Of a stretch of DNA of 64,000 nt, positions 1 through 13,199 are shown piece after piece (within the stretch, counting starts at the first letter, position 1; every line of letters begins with the position of its first letter). The position numbers and the translations under genes were made by a program. Below the pieces are notes generated by a model. It had not been told where the DNA came from. It ran no database searches and saw nothing but the letters and a program-made list of their open reading frames with translations. Location: the NCBI RefSeq assembly GCF_046119375.1, contig NW_027362764.1:804574001-804638000 (forward strand). The letters are read 5' to 3'. Source of the DNA: Phyllobates terribilis. Lineage: Eukaryota.

Positions 1-3000
1 GTGAGGAGCAGCTGTTGTGACGGGACATGGAGCTACAGGAGGCAGGTGAGGAGCAGCTCTTGTAGTGAGGGGACATGGAGCAACAGGACGCAGGTGAGGA
101 GCAGTTCTTGTAGTGACGGGACATGGAGCTACAGGAGGCAGGTGAGGAGCAGCTCTTATAGTGACGGGACATGGAGCTACAGGAGGCAGGTGAGGAGCAG
201 CTCTTGTGACAGGACATGGAGCTACAGGAGGCAGGTGAGGAGCAGCTCTTGTAGTGACGGAACATGGAGCTACAGGAGGTAGGTGAGGAGCGGCTCTTGT
301 AGTGACGGGACATGGAGCTACAGGAGGCAGGTGCGGAGCTGAACTTGTAGTGACGGGACATGGAGCAACGGGAGGCAGGTGAGGAGCAGATCTTGTAGTG
401 ACGGGACATGGAGCTACAGGAGGCAGGTGAGGAGCAGCTCTTGTAGTGACGGGACATGGAGCTACAGGAGGCAGGTGAGGAGGAGCTCTTGTAGTGACGG
501 GACATGGAGCTACAGGAGGCAGGTGAGGAGCAGCTCTTGTAGTGACGGGACATGAAGGTACAGGAGGCAGGTGTGGATCAGCTCTTGTAGTGACGGGACA
601 TGGAGCTACAGGAGGCAGGTGAGGAGCAGCTCTTGTAGTGAGGGGACATGGAGCTACAGGAGGCAGGTGAGGAGCAGCTCTTGTAGTGACGAGACATGGA
701 GCTACAGGAGGCAGGTGAGGAGCAGCTCTTGTAGTGACGGGACATGGAGCTACAGGAGGCAGGTGAGGAGCAGCTCTTGTAGTGACGAGACATGGAGCTA
801 CAGGAGGCAGGTGAGGAGCAGCTCTTGTAGTGACGGGACATGGAGCTACAGGACGCAGGTGAGGAGCAGCTCTTGTAGTGACGGTACATGGAGCTACAGG
901 AAGCAGGTGAGGAGCAGCTCTTGTAGTGACGGGACATGGAGCTACAGGAGGCAGGTGAGGAGCACCTCTTGTAGAGACGGGACATGGAGCTACAGGAGGC
1001 AGGTGAGGAGCAGCTCTTGTAGTGACGGGACATGGAGCTACAGGAGGCTGGTGAGGAGCAGCTCTTGTAGTGACAGGACATGGAGCTACAGGAGGCAGGT
1101 GAGGAGCAGCTCTTGTAGTGACGGGACATGGAGCTACAGGAGGCTGGTGAGGAGTAGCTCTTGTAGTGACGGGACATGGAGCTACAGGAGGCAGGTGAGG
1201 AGCAGCTCTTGTAGTGACGGGACATGGAGCTACAGGAGGCTGGTGAGGAGTAGCTCTTGTAGTGACAGGACATGGAGCTACAGGAGGCAGGTGAGGAGCA
1301 GCTCTTGTAGTGACGGGACATGGAACTACAGGAGGCAGGTGAGTAGCAGCTCTTGTAGTGACGGGACATGTAGCTACAGGAGGCAGGTGAGGAGCAGCTC
1401 ATGTAGTTACGGGACATGGAGCTACAGGAGGCAGGTGATTAGCGGCTCTTGTAGTAACGGGACATGGAGCTACAGGAGGCAGGTGAGGAGCTGCTCTTGT
1501 AGTGACAGGACATGGAGCTACAGGAGGCAGGTGAGGAGCAGCTCTTGTAGTGACGGGACATGGAGCTACAGAAGGCAGGTGAGGAGCAGCTCTTGTAGTG
1601 ACGGGTCATGGAGCTACAGGAGGCAGGTGAGGAGCTCTTGTAGTGACAGGACATGGAGCTACAGGAGGCAGGTGAGGAGCAGCTCTTGTAGTGACGGGAC
1701 ATGGAGCTACAGAAGGCAGGTGAGGAGCAGCTCTTGTAGTGACGGGACATGGAGCTACAGGAGGCAGGTGAGGAGCAGCTCTTGTAGTGAAGGGACATGG
1801 AGCTGCAGGAGGAAGGTGAGGAGCAGCTCTTGTAGTGACGGGACATGGAGCTATAGGAGGCAGGTGAGGAGCAGCTCTTGTGACGGGACACGGAGCTACA
1901 GGAGGCAGGTGATGAGCGGCTCTTGTAGTGACGGGACATGGAGCTTCAGGAGGCAGGTGAGGAGCAGCTTTTGTAGTGAGGGGACATGGAGCTACAGGAC
2001 GCAGGTGAGGAGCAGCTCTTGTAGTGACGGGACATGGAGCTACAGGAGGCAGGTGAGGAGCAGTTCTTGTAGTGACGGGACATGGAGCTACAGGAGGCAG
2101 GTAAGGAGCAGCTCTTGTGACGGGACATGAAGCTACAGGAGACAGGTGAGGGGCAGCTCTTGTAGTGAAGGAACATGGAGCTACAGGAGGTAGGTGAGGA
2201 GCGGCTCTTGTAGTGATGGGACATGGAGCTACAGGAGGCAGGTGAGGAGTAGATCTTGTAGTGACGGGACATGGAGCTACAGGAGGCATGTGAGGAGCAG
2301 ATCTTGTAGTGACGGGACATGGAGCTACAGGAGGCAGGTGAGGAGCAGCTCTTGTAGTGACGGGACATGGAGCTACAGGAGGCAGGTGAGGAGCAGCTCT
2401 TGTGACGGGACATGGAGCTACAGGAGGCAGGTGAGGAGCAGCTCTTGTAGTGACAGGACATGGAGCTACAGGAGGCAGGTGTGGAGCAGCTCTTGTAGTG
2501 ACGGGGCATGGAGCTGCAGGAGGCAGGTGATAAGCAGCTCTTGTAGTGACGGGACATGGAGCTGCAGGAGGAAGGTGAGGAGCAGCTCTTGTAGTGACGG
2601 GACATGGAGCTATAGGAGGCAGGTGAGGAACAGCTGTTGTGATGGGACATGGAGCTACAGGAGGCAGGTGAGGAGCAGCTCTTGTAGTGAGGGGACATGG
2701 AGCTACAGGACGCAGGTGAGGAGCAGCTCTTGTAGTGACGGGACATGGAGCTACAGGAGGCAGGTGAGGAGCAGCTCTTATAGTGACGGGACATGGAGCT
2801 ACAGGAGGCAGGTGAGGAGCAGCTCTTGTGACGGGACATGGAGCTACAGGAGGCAGGTGAGGAGCAGCTCTTGTAGTGACGGGACATGGAGCTACAGGAG
2901 GCAGGTGAGGAGCGGCTCTTGTAGTGACGGAACATGGAGCTACAGGAGGTAGGTGAGGAGCGGCTCTTGTAGTGACGGGACATGGAGCTACAGGAGGCAG

Positions 3001-6000
3001 GTGAGGAGCTGATCTTGTAGTGAAGGGACATGGAGCTACAGGAGGCAGGTGAGGAGCAGCTCTTGTAGTGACGGGACATGGAGCTGCAGGAGGCAGGTGA
3101 TGAGCAGCTCTTGTAGTGACGGGACATGGAGCTGCAGGAGGAAGGTGAGGAGCAGCTCTTGTAGTGACGGGACATGGAGCTATAGGAGGCAGGTGAGGAG
3201 CAGCTGTTGTGACGGGACATGGAGCTACAGGAGGCAGGTGAGGAGCAGCTCTTGTAGTGAGGGGACATGGAGCTACAGGAGGCAGGTGAGGAGCAGCTCT
3301 TATAGTGACGGGACATGGAGCTACAGGAGGCAGGTGAGGAGCAGCTCTTGTGACGGGACATGGAGCTACAGGAGGCAGGTGAGGAGCAGCTCTTGTAGTG
3401 ACGGAACATGGAGCTACAGGAGGTAGGTGAGGAGCTGAACTTGTAGTGACGGGACATGGAGCAACAGGAGGCAGGTGAGGAGCAGATCTTGTAGTGACGG
3501 GACATGGAGCTACAGGAGGCAGGTGAGGAGCAGCTCTTGTAGTGACGGGACATGGAGCTACAGGAGGCAGGTGAGGAGCAGCTCTTGTAGTGACGGGACA
3601 TGGAGCTACAGGAGGCAGGTGAGGAGCAGCTCTTGTAGTGACGGGACATGGAGCTACAGGAGGCAGGTGAGGAGCAGCTCTTGTAGTGACGGGACATGGA
3701 GCTACAGGAGGCAGGTGAGGAGCAGCTCTTGTAGTGAGGGGACATGGAGCTACAGGAGGCAGGTGAGGAGCGGCTCTTGTAGTGACGGGACATGGAGCTA
3801 CAGGAGGCAGGTGAGGAGCAGCTCTTGTAGTGACGAGACATGGAGCTACAGGAGGCAGGTGAGGAGCAGCTCTTGTAGTGACGGGACATGGAGCTACAGG
3901 AGGCAGGTGAGGAGCAGCTCTTGTAGTGACGAGACATGGAGCTACAGGAGGCAGGTGAGGAGCAGCTCTTGTAGTGACGGGACATGGAGCTACAGGAGGC
4001 AGGTGAGGAGCAGCTCTTGTAGTGACGGGACATGGAACTACAGGAGGCAGGTGAGTAGCAGCTCTTGTAGTGACGGGACATGTAGCTACAGGAGGCAGGT
4101 GAGGAGCAGCTCATGTAGTTACGGGACATGGAGCTACAGGAGGCAGGTGATTAGCGGCTCTTGTAGTAACGGGACATGGAGCTACAGGAGGCAGGTGAGG
4201 AGCTGCTCTTGTAGTGACAGGACATGGAGCTACAGGAGGCAGGTGAGGAGCAGCTCTTGTAGTGACGGGACATGGAGCTACAGAAGGCAGGTGAGGAGCA
4301 GCTCTTGTAGTGACGGGTCATGGAGCTACAGGAGGCAGGTGAGGAGCTCTTGTAGTGACAGGACATGGAGCTACAGGAGGCAGGTGAGGAGCAGCTCTTG
4401 TAGTGACGGGACATGGAGCTACAGAAGGCAGGTGAGGAGCAGCTCTTGTAGTGACGGGACATGGAGCTACAGGAGGCAGGTGAGGAGCAGCTCTTGTAGT
4501 GAAGGGACATGGAGCTGCAGGAGGAAGGTGAGGAGCAGCTCTTGTAGTGACGGGACATGGAGCTATAGGAGGCAGGTGAGGAGCAGCTCTTGTGACGGGA
4601 CACGGAGCTACAGGAGGCAGGTGATGAGCGGCTCTTGTAGTGACGGGACATGGAGCTTCAGGAGGCAGGTGAGGAGCAGCTTTTGTAGTGAGGGGACATG
4701 GAGCTACAGGACGCAGGTGAGGAGCAGCTCTTGTAGTGACGGGACATGGAGCTACAGGAGGCAGGTGAGGAGCAGTTCTTGTAGTGACGGGACATGGAGC
4801 TACAGGAGGCAGGTAAGGAGCAGCTCTTGTGACGGGACATGAAGCTACAGGAGACAGGTGAGGGGCAGCTCTTGTAGTGAAGGAACATGGAGCTACAGGA
4901 GGTAGGTGAGGAGCGGCTCTTGTAGTGATGGGACATGGAGCTACAGGAGGCAGGTGAGGAGTAGATCTTGTAGTGACGGGACATGGAGCTACAGGAGGCA
5001 TGTGAGGAGCAGATCTTGTAGTGACGGGACATGGAGCTACAGGAGGCAGGTGAGGAGCAGCTCTTGTAGTGACGGGACATGGAGCTACAGGAGGCAGGTG
5101 AGGAGCAGCTCTTGTGACGGGACATGGAGCTACAGGAGGCAGGTGAGGAGCAGCTCTTGTAGTGACAGGACATGGAGCTACAGGAGGCAGGTGTGGAGCA
5201 GCTCTTGTAGTGACGGGGCATGGAGCTGCAGGAGGCAGGTGATAAGCAGCTCTTGTAGTGACGGGACATGGAGCTGCAGGAGGAAGGTGAGGAGCAGCTC
5301 TTGTAGTGACGGGACATGGAGCTATAGGAGGCAGGTGAGGAACAGCTGTTGTGATGGGACATGGAGCTACAGGAGGCAGGTGAGGAGCAGCTCTTGTAGT
5401 GAGGGGACATGGAGCTACAGGACGCAGGTGAGGAGCAGCTCTTGTAGTGACGGGACATGGAGCTACAGGAGGCAGGTGAGGAGCAGCTCTTATAGTGACG
5501 GGACATGGAGCTACAGGAGGCAGGTGAGGAGCAGCTCTTGTGACGGGACATGGAGCTACAGGAGGCAGGTGAGGAGCAGCTCTTGTAGTGACGGGACATG
5601 GAGCTACAGGAGGCAGGTGAGGAGCGGCTCTTGTAGTGACAGAACATGGAGCTACAGGAGGTAGGTGAGGAGCGGCTCTTGTAGTGACGGGACATGGAGC
5701 TACAGGAGGCAGGTGAGGAGCTGATCTTGTAGTGAAGGGACATGGAGCTACAGGAGGCAGGTGAGGAGCAGCTCTTGTAGTGACGGGACATGGAGCTGCA
5801 GGAGGCAGGTGATGAGCAGCTCTTGTAGTGACGGGACATGGAGCTGCAGGAGGAAGGTGAGGAGCAGCTCTTGTAGTGACGGGACATGGAGCTATAGGAG
5901 GCAGTTGAGGAGCAGCTGTTGTGACGGGACATGGAGCTACAGGAGGCAGGTGAGGAGCAGCTCTTGTAGTGAGGGGACATGGAGCTACAGGAGGCAGGTG

Positions 6001-8737
6001 AGGAGCAGCTCTTATAGTGACGGGACATGGAGCTACAGGAGGCAGGTGAGGAGCAGCTCTTGTGACGGGACATGGAGCTACAGGAGGCAGGTGAGGAGCA
6101 GCTCTTGTAGTGACGGAACATGGAGCTACAGGAGGTAGGTGAGGAGCTGAACTTGTAGTGACGGGACATGGAGCAACAGGAGGCAGGTGAGGAGCAGATC
6201 TTGTAGTGACGGGACATGGAGCTACAGGAGGCAGGTGAGGAGCAGCTCTTGTAGTGACGGGACATGGAGCTACAGGAGGCAGGTGAGGAGCAGCTCTTGT
6301 AGTGACGGGACATGGAGCTACAGGAGGCAGGTGAGGAGCAGCTCTTGTAGTGACGGGACATGGAGCTACAGGAGGCAGGTGAGGAGCAGCTCTTGTAGTG
6401 ACGGGACATGGAGCTACAGGAGGCAGGTGAGGAGCAGCTCTTGTAGTGAGGGGACATGGAGCTACAGGAGGCAGGTGAGGAGCGGCTCTTGTAGTGACGG
6501 GACATGGAGCTACAGGAGGCAGGTGAGGAGCAGCTCTTGTAGTGACGAGACATGGAGCTACAGGAGGCAGGTGAGGAGCAGCTCTTGTAGTGACGGGACA
6601 TGGAGCTACAGGAGGCAGGTGAGGAGCAGCTCTTGTAGTGACGAGACATGGAGCTACAGGAGGCAGGTGAGGAGCAGCTCTTGTAGTGACGGGACATGGA
6701 GCTACAGGACGCAGGTGAGGAGCAGCTCTTGTAGTGACGGGACATGGAGCTACAGGAAGCAGGTGAGGAGCAGCTCTTGTAGTGACGGGACATGGAGCTA
6801 CAGGAGGCAGGTGAGGAGCACCTCTTGTAGTGACGGGACATGGAGCTACAGGACGCAGGTGAGGAGCAGCTCTTGTAGTGACGGGACATGGAGCTACAGG
6901 AGGCAGGTGAGGAACAGCTCTTGTAGTGACGGGACATGGAGCTACAGGAGGCAGGTGAGGAGCAGCTCTTGTAGTGACGAGACATGGAGCTACAGGAGGC
7001 AGGTGAGGAGCAGCTCTTGTAGTGACGGGACATGGAGCTACAGGAGGCAGGTGAGGAACAGCTCTTGTAGTGACGAGACATGGAGCTACAGGAGGCAGGT
7101 GAGGAGCGGCTCTTGTAGTGACGGAACATGGAGCTACAGGAGGTAGGTGAGGAACGGCTCTTGTAGTGACGGGACATGGAGCTACAGGAGGCAGGTGAGG
7201 AGCAGATCTTGTAGTGACGGGACATGGAGCTACAGGAGGCAGGTGAGGAGCAGCTCTTGTAGTGACGGGACATGGAGCTACAGGAGGCAGGTGAGGAGCA
7301 GCTCTTGTAGTGACGGGACATGGAGCTACAGGAGGCAGGTGAGGAGCACCTCTTGTAGTGACAGGACATGGAGCTACAGGAGGCAGGTGAGGAGCAGCTC
7401 TTGTAGTGACAGGACATGGAGCTGCAGGAGGCAGGGGAGGAGCGGCTCTTGTAGTGACGGGACATGGAGCTACAGGAGGCAGGTGAGGAGCAGCTCTTGT
7501 AGTGACGGGACATGGAGCTACAGGAGGCAGGTGAGGAGCAGCTCTTGTAGTGACGGGACATGGAGCTACAGGAGGCAGGTGAGGAGCGGCTCTTGTAGTG
7601 ACGGGACATGGAGCTACAGGAGGCAGGTGAGGAGCAGCTCTTGTAGTGACGGGACATGGAGCTGCAGGAAGAAGGTGAGGAGCAGCTCTTGTAGTGACGG
7701 GACTTGGAGCTACAGGAGGTAGGTGAGGAGCAGATCTTGTAGTGACGGGACATGGAGCTACAGGAGGTAGGCGAGGAGCGGCTCTTGTAGTGACGGGACA
7801 TGGAGCTACAGGAGGCAGGTGAGGAGCAGATCTTGTAGTGACGGGACATGGAGCTACAGGAGGCAGGTGAGGAGCGGATCTTGTAGTGACGGGACATGGA
7901 GCTACAGGAGGTAGGCGAGAAGCGGCTCTTGTAGTGACGGGACATGGAGCTACAGGAGGCAGGTGAGGAGCAGATCTTGTAGTGACGGGACATGGAGCTA
8001 CAGGAGGCAGGTGAGGAGCAGCTCTTGTAGTGACGGGACATGGAGCTATAGGAGGCAGGTGAGGAGCACCTCTTGTAGTGACAGGACATGGAGCTACAGG
8101 AGGCAGGTGAGGAGCGGCTCTTGTAGTGACGGGACATGGAGCTACAGGAGGCAGGTGAGGAGCAGCTCTTGTAGTGACGGTACATGGAGCTACAGGAGGC
8201 AGGTGAGGAGCAGCTCTTGTAGTGACGGGACATGGAGCTACAGGAGGCAGGTGAGGAGCAGATCTTGTAGTGATGGGACATGGAGCTACAGGAGGCAGGT
8301 GAGGAGCAGATCTTGTAGTGACGGGACATGGAGCTACAGGAGGCAGGTGAGGAGCAGCTCTTGTAGTGACGGGACATGGAGCTACAGGAGGCAGGTGAGG
8401 AGCAGCTCTTGTAGTGACGGGACATGGAGCTACAGGAGGAAGGTGAGGAGCACCTCTTGTAGTGACAGGACATGGAGCTACAGGAGGCAGGTGAGGAGCA
8501 CCTCTTGTAGTGACGGGACATGGAGCTACAGGAGGCAGGTGAGGAGCAGCTCTTGTAGTGACGGGACATGGAGCTACAGGAGGCAGGTGAGGAGCGGCTT
8601 TTGTAGTGACGGGACATGGAGCTACAGGAGGCAGGTGAGGAGCATCTCTTGTAGTGAAGGGACATGGAGCTACAGGAGGCAGGTGAGGAGCAGCTCTTGT
8701 AGTGACGGGACATGGAGCTACAGGAGGCAGGTGAGGA
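1..8737. repeat. 48-bp tandem satellite (45-bp variants), ~180 units, runs off the window start
   Basis: Unit GTGAGGAGCAGCTCTTGTAGTGACGGGACATGGAGCTACAGGAGGCAG; 16-aa periodicity in all ORF-track frames; ends 9 nt from the H2B stem-loop. Confidence 0.98.
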
Positions 8738-8746
8738 CGGGGTGGT

Positions 8747-8762
8747 GGCTCTTAGAAGAGCC
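8747..8762 (-). promoter_or_regulatory. Histone 3' stem-loop of H2B
   Basis: Minus strand CCAAA-GGCTCT-TCTA-AGAGCC-ACCAC, 33 nt after the H2B stop. Confidence 0.95.
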
Positions 8763-8795
8763 TTTGGTTGCGGGTGCAGAGCACTGAGGAGCAGA

Positions 8796-9197
<402 letters not shown>

Positions 9198-9242
9198 TCA
9201 CAAGTGAGAAGAACAATAATTCTGCTCCTCCCAGAGCGGCAG

Positions 9243-9380
9243 TATTTATATTCCGGCCATGCAAATGAGCCCTGCTGTCAGATCACTATTCCACTGGGTG
9301 ACAAAGTCATGTGACCAAAAATGAAATAAGCACCGCCCACTGCAGCTCATTGGTGGCTCCAAAAGTCTTGTTTCCATTGG
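9243..9380 (-). promoter_or_regulatory. H2B promoter: TATA, octamer, two CCAAT boxes
   Basis: Minus strand TATAAATA (9243-9250), ATTTGCAT octamer (9259-9266, H2B subtype element), CCAAT at 9349-9353 and 9376-9380. Confidence 0.88.
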
Positions 9381-9399
9381 CCGTATATCTCCATAGAGT

Positions 9400-9800
9400 G
9401 CTGCAAACCCGGTGTAATGCTGTATAGCTCCATATACTTCAGTATAATAATAATTTTTATTTATATAGTGCCAACATATTCCACAGCACTTTACCCCCAT
9501 GTAATGCAGTATTCCCCACTTACTGCTGTATACCTCCATGTAATAATGTATCCTTCAATGTACCCCCATATAGTGCTGTATACGGTGACAGCTGTTTGTG
9601 CCTGTCCTGTACGTCCATCAATACAATGCTGTATACACCCATGTAGTGCTGTATAATCTACAGATGGTCTTGTAAACCCACATATACTCCCCATACAATT
9701 CTATAAACCCCATACAATGCTCTACACTTAATATAATGCTGAAAAGCCTTTATAGTACAGTATATGTCCCCAGTGCTGTATAACCTCTATGTAGTACATA
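9400..9800. repeat. Degenerate low-complexity repeat ((A/T)GTGCTGTATA motif)
   Basis: Recurring atagtgctgtata-like motifs; similar tract at about 56820-56920. Confidence 0.5.
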
Positions 9801-10362
9801 TACTCTCCATAAAGCGCCGAGTCAGACCCGAAACTAAATCTTTATCATAAGAGCCGGGTATAATGATCGGCAGCAGCCGTCACCGATCTGGGGAGCAAAT
9901 ATTAATAATTATTCAGTGGAGAAAGGTCGATCAGAGCGGAAGGGAGCACAGCTGAAAGCAGCGGAGCAGTGAAAGAGTTAACAGCCTATCCGTCCACAAC
10001 CGGCAGACCATGGGCTCAGGCGGCACTAGGACCTAGCGCGGGTGAGGGATGTGGTGACCGATCAGTAATGACGTCAGTAATCTCTGCTCTCAGCAGTGAC
10101 CGGTAATGATCCTCCGGAGAGCGAGCAGCGACTGAGCGGGAAATTCACATCCACCAACTGATCAGTGAATGAGAAGGAAACATTGGAGTAAAGCTCCGCC
10201 CACAGGAACCGACCTATCCACGACCACAAGTTTCCTCAATTCAACATTCACTAGTAGATCCCCAATAATTATACGGAAATAGTAACTGCGCGGAGAATAC
10301 GGAGGAGCAGAATGGTGGCTAATCATGAGAGTTCTGGATCAGCTCGTCTTGGAGGATTTGGT

Positions 10363-10378
10363 GGCTCTGAAAAGAGCC
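10363..10378 (-). promoter_or_regulatory. Histone 3' stem-loop of H3 copy 1, HDE-like AAGACGAGCTGA downstream
   Basis: Canonical GGCTCT-TTTC-AGAGCC followed by ACCAA. Confidence 0.95.
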
Positions 10379-10407
10379 TTTGTGTTGTCCTCGGGGCCCG
10401 GGCAGAT

Positions 10408-10980
<573 letters not shown>

Positions 10981-11179
10981 TGAAGAGTAAGCTCCGCCTT
11001 CCCCAGTAACCCCGCCCCTTCCACGATGTGCTCTCATTTCCCGCTGCTGTAAGAAATCAGGTCCCATCATCTCTTACACACGGCTTATGGAGCAGCGGCC
11101 GCCGATGTAACTGCACTGCCATGTCCCCATGTACACGGCGCTGTACAGTGCAGTTCCCGCATTATCACCAGGTCACACC

Positions 11180-11606
11180 TATTATGGAGACCCTCTTTGG
11201 TTTAAGGAGAACTTTGGTTTAGACAGCAAAGAGTCTTCACATTGCCGGCGAGATTCAAATGAAGGTACTTCATCGATGTAGGAAGAGAGACAGAATACAT
11301 GTGACAGGAATTGTCAGCAAGTAGAGTCTTCTGGTGTGGTAACCTAGACTCACCAATTTATTAGCTAGACAAAAAAGCGGAACTTCGTTTTTACATACAA
11401 CTGAACAGACAACCAAAATAGCTTATCCGTAACAAACACATTTCCCTTGACCAAGCGTAAAATCTTCTCAGAGACTTTCACAGGAAACCAGCATCTTAGT
11501 CAGACATTTCACAATGTATGTCTTAAAACACTCAAGCAGAGGCCTCATGAATCAGAATTGTTTTATCTAATTAATAATATCTAGGTATTAAAAATTAACC
11601 ATAACA
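11180..11606 (-). repeat. ERV 3' LTR
   Basis: T(A)TTATGG...CCATAACA; preceded on the minus strand by PPT AAAAAGGGAGGAAT (11607-11620). Confidence 0.9.
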
Positions 11607-11692
11607 ATTCCTCCCTTTTTATTATTTTACAAAACAATTTATTCATCAGCTACTTCCCCATGCTATAAAAGCCTGGAGGGGACGAATCCCGT

Positions 11693-13199
11693 TCACCGAC
11701 AAATATCTTGCTTGTAAATCTCATCATATATGTTTATAGGAGAAGTGGCATTATATTTCGCAGGCCTGTGATGTTTAATCTTGTGGGTTTTCTTGCATAG
11801 TCTCTTAATAGCAAATATACTAATCCTGGCAACTATATACACTAGTAATATCAAAATTCCTATTTGTAGAATACCTTGTAGGATATCCATTAGCCATCCA
11901 CCTATACCCTTGAACCAATTGACAGGATTAAGAAATGAGAAAGTGTCGCTCCACCAGGAATCTTTGTTGACATGATGTTCTTGGAGCCACGCTTCCCTCA
12001 TTTCTCTAACTATCTCTATCTTGGTATTTACCTGGAAATTTCCTGCAGGGTCTATGTAGTGGCAACAGGTAGGGCCTATTATCTGACACATCCCACCCTC
12101 TCTAGCAGTCAAGTAATCTAGTACTATGGTGTGTTGGTTAGTAACTGCAATTAGTTGTTTCTGTACAATATTAGATGTATTGAGAACGTCAAGAATCTGG
12201 AAGATCTGGTCATCTAGATAATCAGTCGCTTCTACTAACTTATCCCACATTTGCATTATTAATGGGTAAATGAATAAAACACTAAAAAATTTGTTAGCCA
12301 CCCCCATTTCTACAAGATGTGGTTTACCATTTGGTCAGGGTTTGTCGTCTGCAGCTCGTCTGTACAGTGTGTGTAGAGGGATTGCTTTAATATCTACTCT
12401 TGTGTGAGGTACTATAAAAGTAGAAGGTGTCAGAAAGGCCAGTGTGCAAACTCCTGTGAAATTGTTGAGTAACCACTTGTAAGCCTGATGTCCACATACA
12501 ATATATAATGTATCTGGTGATCCAACAACAGTGTTGTTGAACAAACTAGCAATCCATTTAGATAACAAGGTGGTGCTTAATTTTTCCATAATTCTTTCCT
12601 GATACTGAGTGTCATTTGAGGTAAAACCTGATATTAGATTTTGCAAGGTGACATTTACACAGTGAAGCTTAGGATTGAGAGTGGCATCAACCGCTATACA
12701 CTGCGTAGTAGTGGTAGCAGATCCATTACACTCTGAATAGTCAGCTATAGAGAAAGTAAACCCTCTGGATTTTATCTGAAGACAGCTGCAAGAGGTAAAG
12801 TTCGGATAACAGGAGAGGTTGACACGACTGGTCGCCCAAGGCATTTCAGTCTGACTTAGAGGAGGACCGCCATGGCTCAGTCACCCAAGCTGCTACAGTT
12901 AGACTTACAGCCTTATTTTTCTTTGTTGTTCTTAATCTAATAGGAAAAGTGTGGTTACTTAAGTAAAACATTTCATTCAAAGTCACTGGAATAGCTAAAT
13001 AAGGCATAGTATTGGAGGATATTGGACTATGGGTGCATATCCAACAGTTCTTAGGACGGTCATTAGAGTTCATGTCTTGGAGTAAGACTTGGTGATGCTT
13101 TATCAGTTTGTTATCCCAGTTCTCTTTAAGTACTTCATGGAGAGTTAGGGCAAATGGTACGGTTGCTATCACCATAGTCCAAACAAACAGGGTCATCAT
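11693..13199 (-). pseudogene. env: ERV env (gamma-type SU/TM), one frameshift and one stop
   Basis: Signal peptide, CWIC motif, ISD-like TNQHTIVLDYLTAREGGMC, CX6CC (CQIIGPTCC), TM helix; split over ORFs 12846-13199, 12335-12844 and 11693-12307. Confidence 0.88.

Noticed and set aside
1-8787. Very long Ser/Cys/Arg-rich ORFs (up to 1351 aa) in the 48-bp array
   Set aside because: They follow from a stop-free unit that is a multiple of 3; the 3-nt length variants occur at AGC-AGC and GT-AGT slippage sites; several frames on both strands are open; no promoter or unique domain.
11693-13199. Co-opted (syncytin-like) env
   Set aside because: Frameshift at about 12845 and a stop at 12335; still embedded in a decayed provirus.
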